Positions 48,580-56,830 are shown, counted from the first letter of the stretch. The stretch: 64,000 nt of DNA from Parcubacteria group bacterium (GCA_028286605.1 JAQBRE010000002.1:326011-390010); one strand, 5' to 3'. Made by a program: numbers and translations. The notes: generated by a model from the sequence alone, not told the origin.

Positions 48580-48717
48580 ATGGATTCAGAAGAAGAAAAG
48601 ATCGTCGCCCCAGAGACCGAAGAGGCTGCTGAGGAAGGCGCGGAGGTTGTTGCTCCTGCAGAAGATGCAGAGGAAGCAGCTCCTGCAGCTGACAATGATG
48701 AGGAAGTTGCTGCATAA
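48580..48717 (+). CDS. Highly acidic 45-aa protein
   Basis: MDSEEEKIVAPETEEAAEEG..., followed by a hairpin terminator near 48741-48769. Confidence 0.65.
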   Translation: MDSEEEKIVAPETEEAAEEGAEVVAPAEDAEEAAPAADNDEEVAA

Positions 48718-48790
48718 GCAGTCGCACTCATCTCCAACAGAAAAGCCGCGAGCGAAGCTCGCGGCTTTTCTTATTCTCACCATTCTTTCA

Positions 48791-49714
48791 TTAGTGCATC
48801 TTCACCCAAAGGTAAATATCCTCGAGTGCCTTCACCGCGTCGCCTGCAGCGATATTGTTCTGATGATAGAGCTCGTCCGTGCAATCACCGGCTGCCCAGA
48901 CACCCTCCACGCTCGTGTGCTGATTCTTGGGGTCCGTCACGACGCGTCCGATCGCATCTAGTTCGACAAGGTCCTTTGCGAAGCTCGTGTTCGGTACGAC
49001 GCCGATCTCAACGAATATGCCTGTAACCGGAAGGGTAGTTTCTGCACCGGTCGTACGTTCCTTAACGACGAGGCCAGAAACGAATTTCTCTCCCTTCACC
49101 TCGACCGGTTCGCTGTTGCAGATCATATGCATCTTCGGATTCGAAATCAGCTTCTCCACCGTAATCGCATCACCCTTCAGCTCGCCGTGACGATGAATGA
49201 GCGTAACCGATTTCGCATACGCAAGCAGCTGCGCTGCGCTCTCAAGCCCAGCATTCCCGCCACCAACCACAGCCACGTCTTGGCCTGCAAAGATGGGCCC
49301 GTCACATGAGGCGCAGTAGGTGAGTCCCTTGTGTTCGAACGTGTCTGCGCCAGGCACCATAAGACGCCGGCGCGCAGCGCCGGAAGCGATGAGCACTGCT
49401 TTCGCGTCGAACGTATCTCCTTTCGTGGTCGTTGCGCGGAAACCCTCTTCAAACCGCTCCAGATGCTCTACACGGCTTCCTTCCTGTATAGATAGCACTT
49501 CGCCCGCATAGGTTTCCAAATGCTTCTGGAGGGACTTCTTCAGGTTCTCACCAGAAATCACCGGCGTGCCGATCCAGTTCTCGATACCCTCTGAAACCAC
49601 CGACTGCCCGCCGAATTCTTCTGCGACAAGAACCGTCTTCAATCGCTTGCGTGATGCATATACACCCGCTGCGACTCCTGCCGGCCCGCCTCCAATAATT
49701 ATCAAATCGTTCAT
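48791..49714 (-). CDS. trxB: Thioredoxin reductase (TrxB / AhpF C-terminal-like)
   Basis: IIGGGPAG, CASCD, VGGGNAG and WAAGD motifs. Confidence 0.9.
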   Translation of the reverse strand: MNDLIIIGGGPAGVAAGVYASRKRLKTVLVAEEFGGQSVVSEGIENWIGTPVISGENLKKSLQKHLETYAGEVLSIQEGSRVEHLERFEEGFRATTTKGDTFDAKAVLIASGAARRRLMVPGADTFEHKGLTYCASCDGPIFAGQDVAVVGGGNAGLESAAQLLAYAKSVTLIHRHGELKGDAITVEKLISNPKMHMICNSEPVEVKGEKFVSGLVVKERTTGAETTLPVTGIFVEIGVVPNTSFAKDLVELDAIGRVVTDPKNQHTSVEGVWAAGDCTDELYHQNNIAAGDAVKALEDIYLWVKMH

Positions 49715-49739
49715 TTTTAAATTATATCAGGTACAGCAA

Positions 49740-49835
49740 AAAACACTCCGATAAAAGGGGCTGCGGAGCGCGACGGCGCGAGCCGGAGCAATTTTCCAGC
49801 AGGAAAATATGCGTACCCTTTTATCGGAGTGTTTT
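49740..49835 (-). repeat. Structured intergenic element, copy 2
   Basis: 20-bp perfect inverted arms with the same core as 37923-38016. Confidence 0.85.
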
Positions 49836-49842
49836 GAGCTGT

Positions 49843-51117
49843 CTATTTCTTGTGGCGACGAAGGAAGCTTGGAATCGCGCCCCAGGTGTCGTCCTCTTCT
49901 TCGACGATAGGCGGCGTGATGGCCTGTGCGGTTTCGCGAGGCTTCGGCATTGCCGTTACGATAGGCTCTTCGCGTTCGCGGCGAGGAGGAAGGATAGGTC
50001 CCTCGTCTTCTGGCATTGGCATAGATGCTGGCGCTTCTTCGCGCGGTGCAGGGCGGCCGAGCACGTCATTGAAGATCTTTCCGCGGCTTTCTTCCTGCTC
50101 CTTCGCAGGCATCGTGAAGAGCGAGCGTTCGCCACCTGTGTATGACGCGGATCCATCCTGTTCAGGGAAACCGGTCGCGATGACGATGATGCGGAGCTGG
50201 CCCTTCTTAAGCTTCTCATCGCGCATGATACCGAAGATGACCTTCGCGCTCTTATCAACGGATTCGCCGATAACCTTCGCTGCTTCCTGTACTTCAAGGA
50301 TGCCGAGGTCGTCTGAACCTGCGACCACAAAGAGGATGCCACGAGCGCCGGTGATGGAAACATCGAGGAGCGGGGAATTAACGGCTGCTGCAGCGGCGTC
50401 CTTGGCACGGTTGTCGCCGTCTGCGATACCGATACCCATGAGCGCTGGGCCGGCACCTTCCATGATCGCCTTGATGTCGTTGAAGTCCGTGTTGATTTCA
50501 CCAGGAGTGGTGATGATATCGGAAACACCTTCCACTGCCTGACGAAGGATTTCATCGCAGAGCGCGAATGCATTCTTCGCGGAGGTCTGTGCTTCTACGA
50601 TAGAGAGAAGCTTGTCGTTAGGAATAACGAGATATGCGTCTACTTCCTTCTTAAGAGAAGCAAGACCGACTTCAGCGATCTCGGTGCGCTGTGCGCCTTC
50701 GAAGGTGAACGGCTTGGTGACGACGGCAACGGTGAGCGCGCCGAGCTCCTTCGCGATCTTCGCGACGACGCCTGCTGCGCCTGTTCCTGTTCCGCCACCC
50801 ATGCCGCAGGTGATGAAGACCATGTCTGAACCCTGAAGCGCTTCCTGAATCTCCTGACGTGTCTCTTCAGCGGCACGACGGCCGAGCTCTGGGTTCATTC
50901 CAGCACCGAGGCCCTTCGTGAGGTTCTTGCCGATGTGGATCTTACGCTTCGCGAGGCTGCGGTGCAGATCTTGCGCGTCCGTATTGATAGCGATGAACTC
51001 CACGCCCTTCACCTTGGAGTTGATCATGTGATTAACAGCATTGCCGCCAGAACCTCCACAGCCGACGACGCGGATGCGTGCGAACGTTTCGATTTCAGGG
51101 GTTACGCGCTTGGACAT
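49843..51117 (-). CDS. ftsZ: Cell division protein FtsZ
   Basis: GGGTGTG tubulin motif, NTDAQDL and C-terminal IPSFLRR. Confidence 0.99.
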   Translation of the reverse strand: MSKRVTPEIETFARIRVVGCGGSGGNAVNHMINSKVKGVEFIAINTDAQDLHRSLAKRKIHIGKNLTKGLGAGMNPELGRRAAEETRQEIQEALQGSDMVFITCGMGGGTGTGAAGVVAKIAKELGALTVAVVTKPFTFEGAQRTEIAEVGLASLKKEVDAYLVIPNDKLLSIVEAQTSAKNAFALCDEILRQAVEGVSDIITTPGEINTDFNDIKAIMEGAGPALMGIGIADGDNRAKDAAAAAVNSPLLDVSITGARGILFVVAGSDDLGILEVQEAAKVIGESVDKSAKVIFGIMRDEKLKKGQLRIIVIATGFPEQDGSASYTGGERSLFTMPAKEQEESRGKIFNDVLGRPAPREEAPASMPMPEDEGPILPPRREREEPIVTAMPKPRETAQAITPPIVEEEDDTWGAIPSFLRRHKK

Positions 51118-51249
51118 AGGGGTATACGAAGAATGTGCCGGTTAGTCAACACATAGTACCAAATCCTTTAACAATGCAAACCTTGACGGGTTAATAGCCT
51201 GTGTTCGGGTTTATAAGCACTTTATCTCTTTTTAGTACGATAGAGGGCT

Positions 51250-51636
51250 ATGAAAAAAGATTTTAAAGGGTGGAATAAACAAAAAAGCGATATTGATGAT
51301 TCAGCACCACGACCATTCTTTCGTGAAGGTGAAGTATGGTGGTGCTCTTTAGGTGCGAACATTGGTTTTGAAATGGATGGAAAGAATGAAATATTCGAAC
51401 GTCCAGTATTTATACTTAAAAAATTCAATAATGAGACATGTTTGGTTCTCCCTACAACGTCTCAATCTAAGTCTGGACGTTTCTATTATCCATATATGAG
51501 TAATGGAAAGAAATTTGCAATTAATCTGTCACAAGTTCGACTTCTTGATGTAAAACGTTTGAGGCGTAGAGCGTATGTTCTGTCCCAAAAGCAACACAGT
51601 GAAATTAAAACTAAATTCATATCACTCCTTGAATAG
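51250..51636 (+). CDS. Solo PemK/MazF-family toxin-like protein
   Basis: KDFKGWN...GEVWWCSLGANIGFEMDG...ERPVFI...LPTTS...SQVRLLD.KRL. AT-rich, with no antitoxin ORF. Confidence 0.88.
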   Translation: MKKDFKGWNKQKSDIDDSAPRPFFREGEVWWCSLGANIGFEMDGKNEIFERPVFILKKFNNETCLVLPTTSQSKSGRFYYPYMSNGKKFAINLSQVRLLDVKRLRRRAYVLSQKQHSEIKTKFISLLE

Positions 51637-51733
51637 ACGAAACCGCCCTTTCGGGCGGTTTCTCAGGGGCATGAAGCCGTATCAGATCGAAACTATGCAC
51701 TGCATAGAATCTCGGGGGCACGAAGGCCGTAAT
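51636..51733 (-). ncRNA. Candidate small RNA with two tandem GGC-loop-GCC-CC-YGAGA units
   Basis: Minus-strand TTGACG (51762-51767) and TGATATACT (51740-51748). Units lie at 51710-51733 and 51661-51682, with a terminator at 51639-51662. Confidence 0.55.
51639..51662. terminator. Bidirectional hairpin
   Basis: GAAACCGCCC-TTTC-GGGCGGTTTC. Confidence 0.7.
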
Positions 51734-51767
51734 GTAGTTAGTATATCAGGCATCAAAATAGCGTCAA

Positions 51768-51816
51768 CAAAAACAAGTTTGCCCCGCGTAAGCGGGGCGA
51801 GGCCGAAGCCATTTGT
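51768..51816 (-). ncRNA. Third related candidate small RNA (GGCTTCGGCC plus terminator)
   Basis: TGCTAAGCT at 51823-51831, hairpin GCCCCGC-TTAC-GCGGGGC and a T-rich tail. Confidence 0.4.
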
Positions 51817-51852
51817 ATCTATAGCTTAGCAAATGGCCAGGCAGGCAGTCAA

Positions 51853-53019
51853 CTATGGCATGAACTGCTTTATGAATCGTGCGAAGCCGCGTGTCAGATC
51901 GCCCATGACGTTTTTCTTCGGCGTATCGGTGTCTCCGGTGAGTCCCCAGAGCGCGAGACCATACGCGACTGCCCAGGTCGCGTCACGGATCTTCGTTTCA
52001 GAAGTGATGCGCATATCTGCAAGGCGCGACGGAAGGCTGAGCGTTCCTTTCGCAATATCACTGATCGTTCCCTGGCCTGCGCCGCCGCCGGAAAGGATGA
52101 TGCCGGCAGGAAGCGAGCCGTGACGATTGAGCGAACGAAGATGCTTCTCAATTAATTCGAACATCGTACGGAAACGAAGCGCGATTATTTCTTCGACTTT
52201 CTTTTTCGGATACATCGTGCCGGAAAGACGTCCGAGCTTGATGCGCTCCGCATCCTCAAGAGAGATCTTGAAACCGAGCGCGAGGTCGTCAGTGATATTA
52301 GTCGAACCGGTCTGGAATACTTTTACGGAAATGGGAAGGCCTTCATCGTAGACGACGATGGAAACGGTCTCGGCGCCGATGTTCGCGAGGACGCAGCCCT
52401 TCATCTTCTGATCTTTCGTAAGCGTTACGTACGAACCAGCAAGTGGGGAAGCCATGCGATCTATCACTTCGATGTCTGCGCCCTCTACGGCAGCGGTAAG
52501 CTGCTCTGCGTGCTGCGAAAGGCACGTAACGAACAGGAACTCACCTTCGAGGCGCGTACCCTTCATGCCGATGGGCGCGCCGAGCGTCTTCACGCCGTCA
52601 ACACGAAATTCCAAAGGAATTTCGTGCAGGACCTTGCGGTTCAGGAACTGAGGCTCGGCGGTACGTCGAGCCTCGTCACGCACCTTCTCCATATCTAAAT
52701 CGGTGATCTCCTGATCTGCGCGTGAGATTATCGTCTGGCCGCTTGCACGCGTCTCATCAAGTGACACGCCGCCCACTGCAAGGAAGGCAGACTTGATCGG
52801 CATGTGGATGATGCTCTCTGCCTGGCCCTTCGCGAGCTGAATGCTTTCGATGGCATCCTGCAGATCAACCACGTAGCCATGACGCAACCCCTGCGTCTCA
52901 CTGAGCCCGGTACCGATGATGCGTACCTGCGGACCCTCCTCGGTTATGACCTCTTCAACCACCACGACTTTCGTCTGGTGCGTGCCGATGTCAATTCCTG
53001 TTGCGATTCTTCGAGCCAT
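51853..53019 (-). CDS. ftsA: Cell division protein FtsA
   Basis: GIDIGTHQTKVVV, GLRHGYVVD, NIGAETV and GIILSGGGA; lies upstream of ftsZ. Confidence 0.93.
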   Translation of the reverse strand: MARRIATGIDIGTHQTKVVVVEEVITEEGPQVRIIGTGLSETQGLRHGYVVDLQDAIESIQLAKGQAESIIHMPIKSAFLAVGGVSLDETRASGQTIISRADQEITDLDMEKVRDEARRTAEPQFLNRKVLHEIPLEFRVDGVKTLGAPIGMKGTRLEGEFLFVTCLSQHAEQLTAAVEGADIEVIDRMASPLAGSYVTLTKDQKMKGCVLANIGAETVSIVVYDEGLPISVKVFQTGSTNITDDLALGFKISLEDAERIKLGRLSGTMYPKKKVEEIIALRFRTMFELIEKHLRSLNRHGSLPAGIILSGGGAGQGTISDIAKGTLSLPSRLADMRITSETKIRDATWAVAYGLALWGLTGDTDTPKKNVMGDLTRGFARFIKQFMP

Positions 53020-53431
53020 GAGGAGAGGAGGAATTGGGTGTACTAATAAATCGGGAAAGGTATTCCCGTTCGTATCTATCCATTGTAGTGCCGTGTGGCA
53101 GTCCTTTCAAATGCAATAAACCGTGGATAAACAAAAAAGCAGTGAATGATGAGTATGAAAGGTCGTAATCCGGAGCCTGCTTCTTAGCTATTGTCGGACA
53201 AATGATGATTTCACCGGAGCGTTCTTTCTTCGTCGAACTGGTCTCATAGGAGAGCACATTCGGTATGTATTCTTTCTTGCGAAGCTGCTGATTCAATTTC
53301 TTCGCGCGAATCGTTCCGGCGAAGACGAGAGATATTTCCCACCCTGGAAGGATAGCGGCAGCGATTTTTTGATATGGCAAACCCGGCGCTGCGCGCCGGG
53401 TGAAATTTCGTACGTCAACCGTACTTGCCAT
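52991..53431 (-). CDS. ybeY: rRNA maturation endoribonuclease YbeY
   Basis: LN...RKK...NVLSY, GEIIIC and IHGLLHLKGLPH. Confidence 0.92.
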   Translation of the reverse strand: MASTVDVRNFTRRAAPGLPYQKIAAAILPGWEISLVFAGTIRAKKLNQQLRKKEYIPNVLSYETSSTKKERSGEIIICPTIAKKQAPDYDLSYSSFTAFLFIHGLLHLKGLPHGTTMDRYEREYLSRFISTPNSSSPHGSKNRNRN

Positions 53432-53439
53432 GTATAGGA

Positions 53440-53700
53440 TTACTTGCGGCCCTTCGTCTTGCGAGCTGCAGGGTCGATCTTGCCGAGCTTTACGAGCTGA
53501 TTGTATTCAGCGATGCGTTCGCCCTTAACCATAGCGCGCATGTGCTCTACGTTCTTGGACTTGCCACGAACGTAATAACGGGCAGCACGGAGGCCGCGGA
53601 CGATGTTGAGGCCCTGTGCACGGCGTGAGAAACGGCGAATAAGCGACGTAGCGCTTTCGTTCTTGCCGCGGCGGACTTCTACTCGGGTTGCTTTAGTCAT
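53440..53700 (-). CDS. rpsU: 30S ribosomal protein S21
   Basis: VEVRRGKNESATSLIRRFSRR...RYY; basic 86-aa protein. Start reassigned within the long ORF. Confidence 0.75.
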   Translation of the reverse strand: MTKATRVEVRRGKNESATSLIRRFSRRAQGLNIVRGLRAARYYVRGKSKNVEHMRAMVKGERIAEYNQLVKLGKIDPAARKTKGRK

Positions 53701-53795
53701 AATAGAGCGAACTGTAGCATAAATAAGCCTTTTTTGTCCAGAAACAGAAAACCCCTGAAGCGAATGCTTCAGGGGTGCGGACAAGGAACCGTGGA

Positions 53796-54209
53796 TCAGG
53801 CGAGTTGCGGACAAAGCTCCTTGCGGATGTCGCCGTAGGCGCCGAGGATCGAAAGGCCGATCATCGACACCGTGACGCCGAAGACGGTGCCGCAATCGGT
53901 GAGGAGCTCCATCGGAGCCGTAAAGAACGTTCGTTCTTCGGGCTGCAGAGACAGGATGCCCCAGTGCAGGAGCGGCAGAAGGATTACCACGCCGGCAATC
54001 CAGCATGCCGTGAGCTTGAGGTTGAACCTCAGTCCATCGCTCCGGTTTTCGTGAACGCCCATCGAGGTGAGCAGGACCGCAGCGAAGACAGAGGCGAGAA
54101 GGCCGAAGGGGATCTCGATAGTGAGATTCCCTTGCATGCCGGCTCGCAGGAAGATGCTGTAGCAGAGCAAAGTAAGACCGTTGCTCGCCAAGAATGAACC
54201 AGTATTCAT
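53796..54209 (-). CDS. Hypothetical 4-TM membrane protein (SD-led orphan)
   Basis: TTGACA-N17-TATAGT promoter (54250-54278), AAGGAGG SD and a downstream hairpin. Confidence 0.7.
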   Translation of the reverse strand: MNTGSFLASNGLTLLCYSIFLRAGMQGNLTIEIPFGLLASVFAAVLLTSMGVHENRSDGLRFNLKLTACWIAGVVILLPLLHWGILSLQPEERTFFTAPMELLTDCGTVFGVTVSMIGLSILGAYGDIRKELCPQLA

Positions 54210-54290
54210 GTCAGTGGGCCTCCTTAGCCCGATTCAATTACCTGAAAACACTATACTCTTTAATATAAGTATTGTCAAGTATATCGATCG

Positions 54291-55427
54291 TTACGCGACG
54301 ATCTTGAGGCGTTCGATGAGGGAATCCAGCGGGATGAAGGTTTCCGTGTGATTCGCGCGCTCACGAAGGATAACAGAGCGCTCCAGAGCCTCCTTACGGC
54401 CCATGATAAGCACGTACTGTGGGTTTATGGTGTCTACCAAGCGCATCTGCTCCGTAAGGGACTGTACGCCGATAGACTGAACCATCGGGATGCGTGCACG
54501 GCGGAGGTCATCGGTCATACGCATGCTTTCGCGCTTCGCTTCATCGCCGATGTGCACGAAGACGAATCGTGGCGTGCCGCGTTCCTTCGTTGCAGGAATG
54601 GTATCGCGTGAATCTACATTAATACGGATAACAGCGCCGATAGACGGCATGCTGCTCTTAAAGAAGAGCTTCGCCATATCGTTATAGCGAGAACCCCAGG
54701 CGGCGAGTTTCTCTTCCTGATGCACTTCGAAACAGGTTTCGGTCCACGAGGTGCCGCGCGAAAGAAGCTGTGGCGCAAGTTCGTACGGAGTGTCGGTCGA
54801 TTCAAGGTATTCAAGGACCGTTTCGAAATGCTTGCGGCTTACTTCGGAAAGATGATCGGTCGGGCTCGGCATGATGGCGCCATCCTCAGTAACAGCGAGG
54901 AGTTCCGCGGCTTCGAAGATGTCGCGCTTCGCGCAATTCACGCAGTTCTCGGGAAGCGCATTGCCGTGCTTGCGGAAGAACGTGTTCAGTTCGCGTGCGA
55001 ATCGGCCCCGTGTCTCTTTATCACCCATGCTGTTAATGCGAATAGTGAGCGGCCCTTTGCCAAGGTCCTGCATGAGCGCACGGACGGCACGGATAAGCAC
55101 GGCATCAGCGATCGCATGCTCTACGCCGAGCGCATGAAATTGAATGACGATCTGTTTCGGCGACGGACGGCCTGCGGCCGCATTCGTGTGCCAAAGAAAC
55201 AGCGGCTGCGCTGCGGAAGGCGTGAGTCCTGCGTCGCGGACATGCTTAAGGAATCCTGCTACTTCGCGCGCGTTCGGGTCGAGCGTATCGAGGGGGAGAT
55301 TTTCTGGATAGGGAACTTTCGAGGTGCTTTTCTTTCCTGCAGCGGCAGATGCGAGCGACGTGAATCCGTAATACGTGCCGATAGCACTCGTTCGCTTCAA
55401 TATGTCGTCTGGACGGAGAGTACTCAT
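54291..55427 (-). CDS. Histidyl-tRNA synthetase-like protein with degenerate catalytic motifs
   Basis: YYGF, INSMGD..R, HFETVLEYL, GSRYND and a C-terminal anticodon-binding-like domain. Motif 2 and RGLDYY are not conserved. Confidence 0.75.
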   Translation of the reverse strand: MSTLRPDDILKRTSAIGTYYGFTSLASAAAGKKSTSKVPYPENLPLDTLDPNAREVAGFLKHVRDAGLTPSAAQPLFLWHTNAAAGRPSPKQIVIQFHALGVEHAIADAVLIRAVRALMQDLGKGPLTIRINSMGDKETRGRFARELNTFFRKHGNALPENCVNCAKRDIFEAAELLAVTEDGAIMPSPTDHLSEVSRKHFETVLEYLESTDTPYELAPQLLSRGTSWTETCFEVHQEEKLAAWGSRYNDMAKLFFKSSMPSIGAVIRINVDSRDTIPATKERGTPRFVFVHIGDEAKRESMRMTDDLRRARIPMVQSIGVQSLTEQMRLVDTINPQYVLIMGRKEALERSVILRERANHTETFIPLDSLIERLKIVA

Positions 55428-55978
55428 TGCTGTGGCTGGTGTGAAATTCCTGGTAAGAGGCCGATCGAACTCAGTGGGAACAGGCGTACGTCTACACGAC
55501 CGATGATATTCTCGCGCGGCAGCGTGCCCCATGAGCGAGAATCGGAGCTAACGGGGCGATTATCCCCCATAACGAAGTACTGACCTGCGCCAAGCGTCGT
55601 GTCATTCGTGTAGGTAGCGTCTTCAGCGACCACATACGGTTCAGAAAGTTTCAGCGTAGCGCCTGCGGGGGTGATTATTGAAACAACACCTTCATTTATG
55701 CGAACTGTTTCGCCTGGCAAGCCAACAATGCGTTTGATCAGGAACTTATTCGGGTCACCGGGGAGACGGAATACGATAACTTCGCCGCGCTTCGGCGCTT
55801 CGAAGTGATAAATGAGTTCGTCAACGACGAGGTAGTCAGTATTCTCGAACGTGGGGTGCATCGATTCGCCTTCAACGACGAATGGCTGTGCAACGAATAA
55901 ACGGATGGGGACGACAATGATGACAGCAAGAATCAGGAACGTAAGAGTTTCCCTGAGCGCGCCACCGAGGAACTTCAT
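55424..55978 (-). CDS. lepB: Signal peptidase I
   Basis: VEGESMHPT (Ser), LIKRIVGLPGE (Lys) and MGDNRPVSSDSR. Confidence 0.96.
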   Translation of the reverse strand: MKFLGGALRETLTFLILAVIIVVPIRLFVAQPFVVEGESMHPTFENTDYLVVDELIYHFEAPKRGEVIVFRLPGDPNKFLIKRIVGLPGETVRINEGVVSIITPAGATLKLSEPYVVAEDATYTNDTTLGAGQYFVMGDNRPVSSDSRSWGTLPRENIIGRVDVRLFPLSSIGLLPGISHQPQQ

Positions 55979-56230
55979 GCACGCATTGTATTCCACTTTA
56001 TTCGCTCGTCAAATGTTCTGTATTCGTTTCATTATTTACGCACGCTACTTGCTGAAAGAGAATCTATTTTCTTATCAAGAATATCTATTTTCATTGATTG
56101 TTTCTGCGCATCTTCTCAGTATTTCGTGAGTAAAGAAAAATATGCACCGACTTGAGCTGCGTTTACGAATAACTCTTCAGTTTTTCTTTATCTCGGCTAC
56201 AGGCCCTTATGAATGCTATGATTCGGTGCA

Positions 56231-56830
56231 ATGGGATATGTACTGATAGGTCTTGGAAACCCCGGGGGTGAATATGCGAAAACACGCCATAATGCAGGCC
56301 GTATGGCCGTTGAGCTTCTCGCAAAGGAAGAGGGATTCCCTGAATTCACGTTGAAAAAGACCGCAAATGCGATGGTGAGCGAAGGAACGATCGGCGGCGA
56401 GAAAGTAACGCTCGTGCTGCCGGATGTCTCGATGAACCTTTCAGGAAAGGTCGCGCCATCATTCGTGAAGTCAAAGCCTGCTGCGAAGAAAATGATCGTC
56501 ATTCGCGATGAATTGGATCTACCGCTCGGCGTGATAAAGATGACCGTGCCAGGACGTGGCTCAGGCGGCCACAAAGGCGTTGAGAGCATCATGCGCGCGC
56601 TCAAGACTAAAGACTTCGTACAGATAAAGATCGGCATCTCTGCAGAGACAGCGAAAGGGAAGCTGAAGAAGCCAGCAGCAGGAGAAAAAGTAATCAAGCA
56701 CGTGATTGGAAAATTCAAGCCTGCAGAAGAAGCTACGCTCAAGGATACGCTTGCGCGTACGACTCAAGCAGCACGGCTTTTCATTACTGACGGCATCGAA
56801 GCGGCCGCAATGAAAGCGAACACGCGCTAA
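56231..56830 (+). CDS. pth: Peptidyl-tRNA hydrolase
   Basis: IGLGNPGGEYAKTRHNAG, MNLSG, DELDL and GSGGHKG. Confidence 0.96.
   Translation: MGYVLIGLGNPGGEYAKTRHNAGRMAVELLAKEEGFPEFTLKKTANAMVSEGTIGGEKVTLVLPDVSMNLSGKVAPSFVKSKPAAKKMIVIRDELDLPLGVIKMTVPGRGSGGHKGVESIMRALKTKDFVQIKIGISAETAKGKLKKPAAGEKVIKHVIGKFKPAEEATLKDTLARTTQAARLFITDGIEAAAMKANTR

Noticed and set aside
48741-48769. GAGCGAAGCTC-cored hairpins here and near 57454-57496 as a REP family
   Set aside because: Only the 11-nt core is shared and both sit between convergent genes, consistent with ordinary bidirectional terminators.
51661-51733. Two spaced repeats as a possible mini-CRISPR array
   Set aside because: Only two imperfect units, the spacer is itself a hairpin, and there are no cas genes in the window. 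A repeated RNA motif explains it better.
55997-56197. AT-rich gap with a short direct repeat and a 20-aa minus-strand ORF (MKIDILDKKIDSLSASSVRK)
   Set aside because: Too short and lacking expression signals. At most a decayed coiled-coil remnant between divergent promoters.
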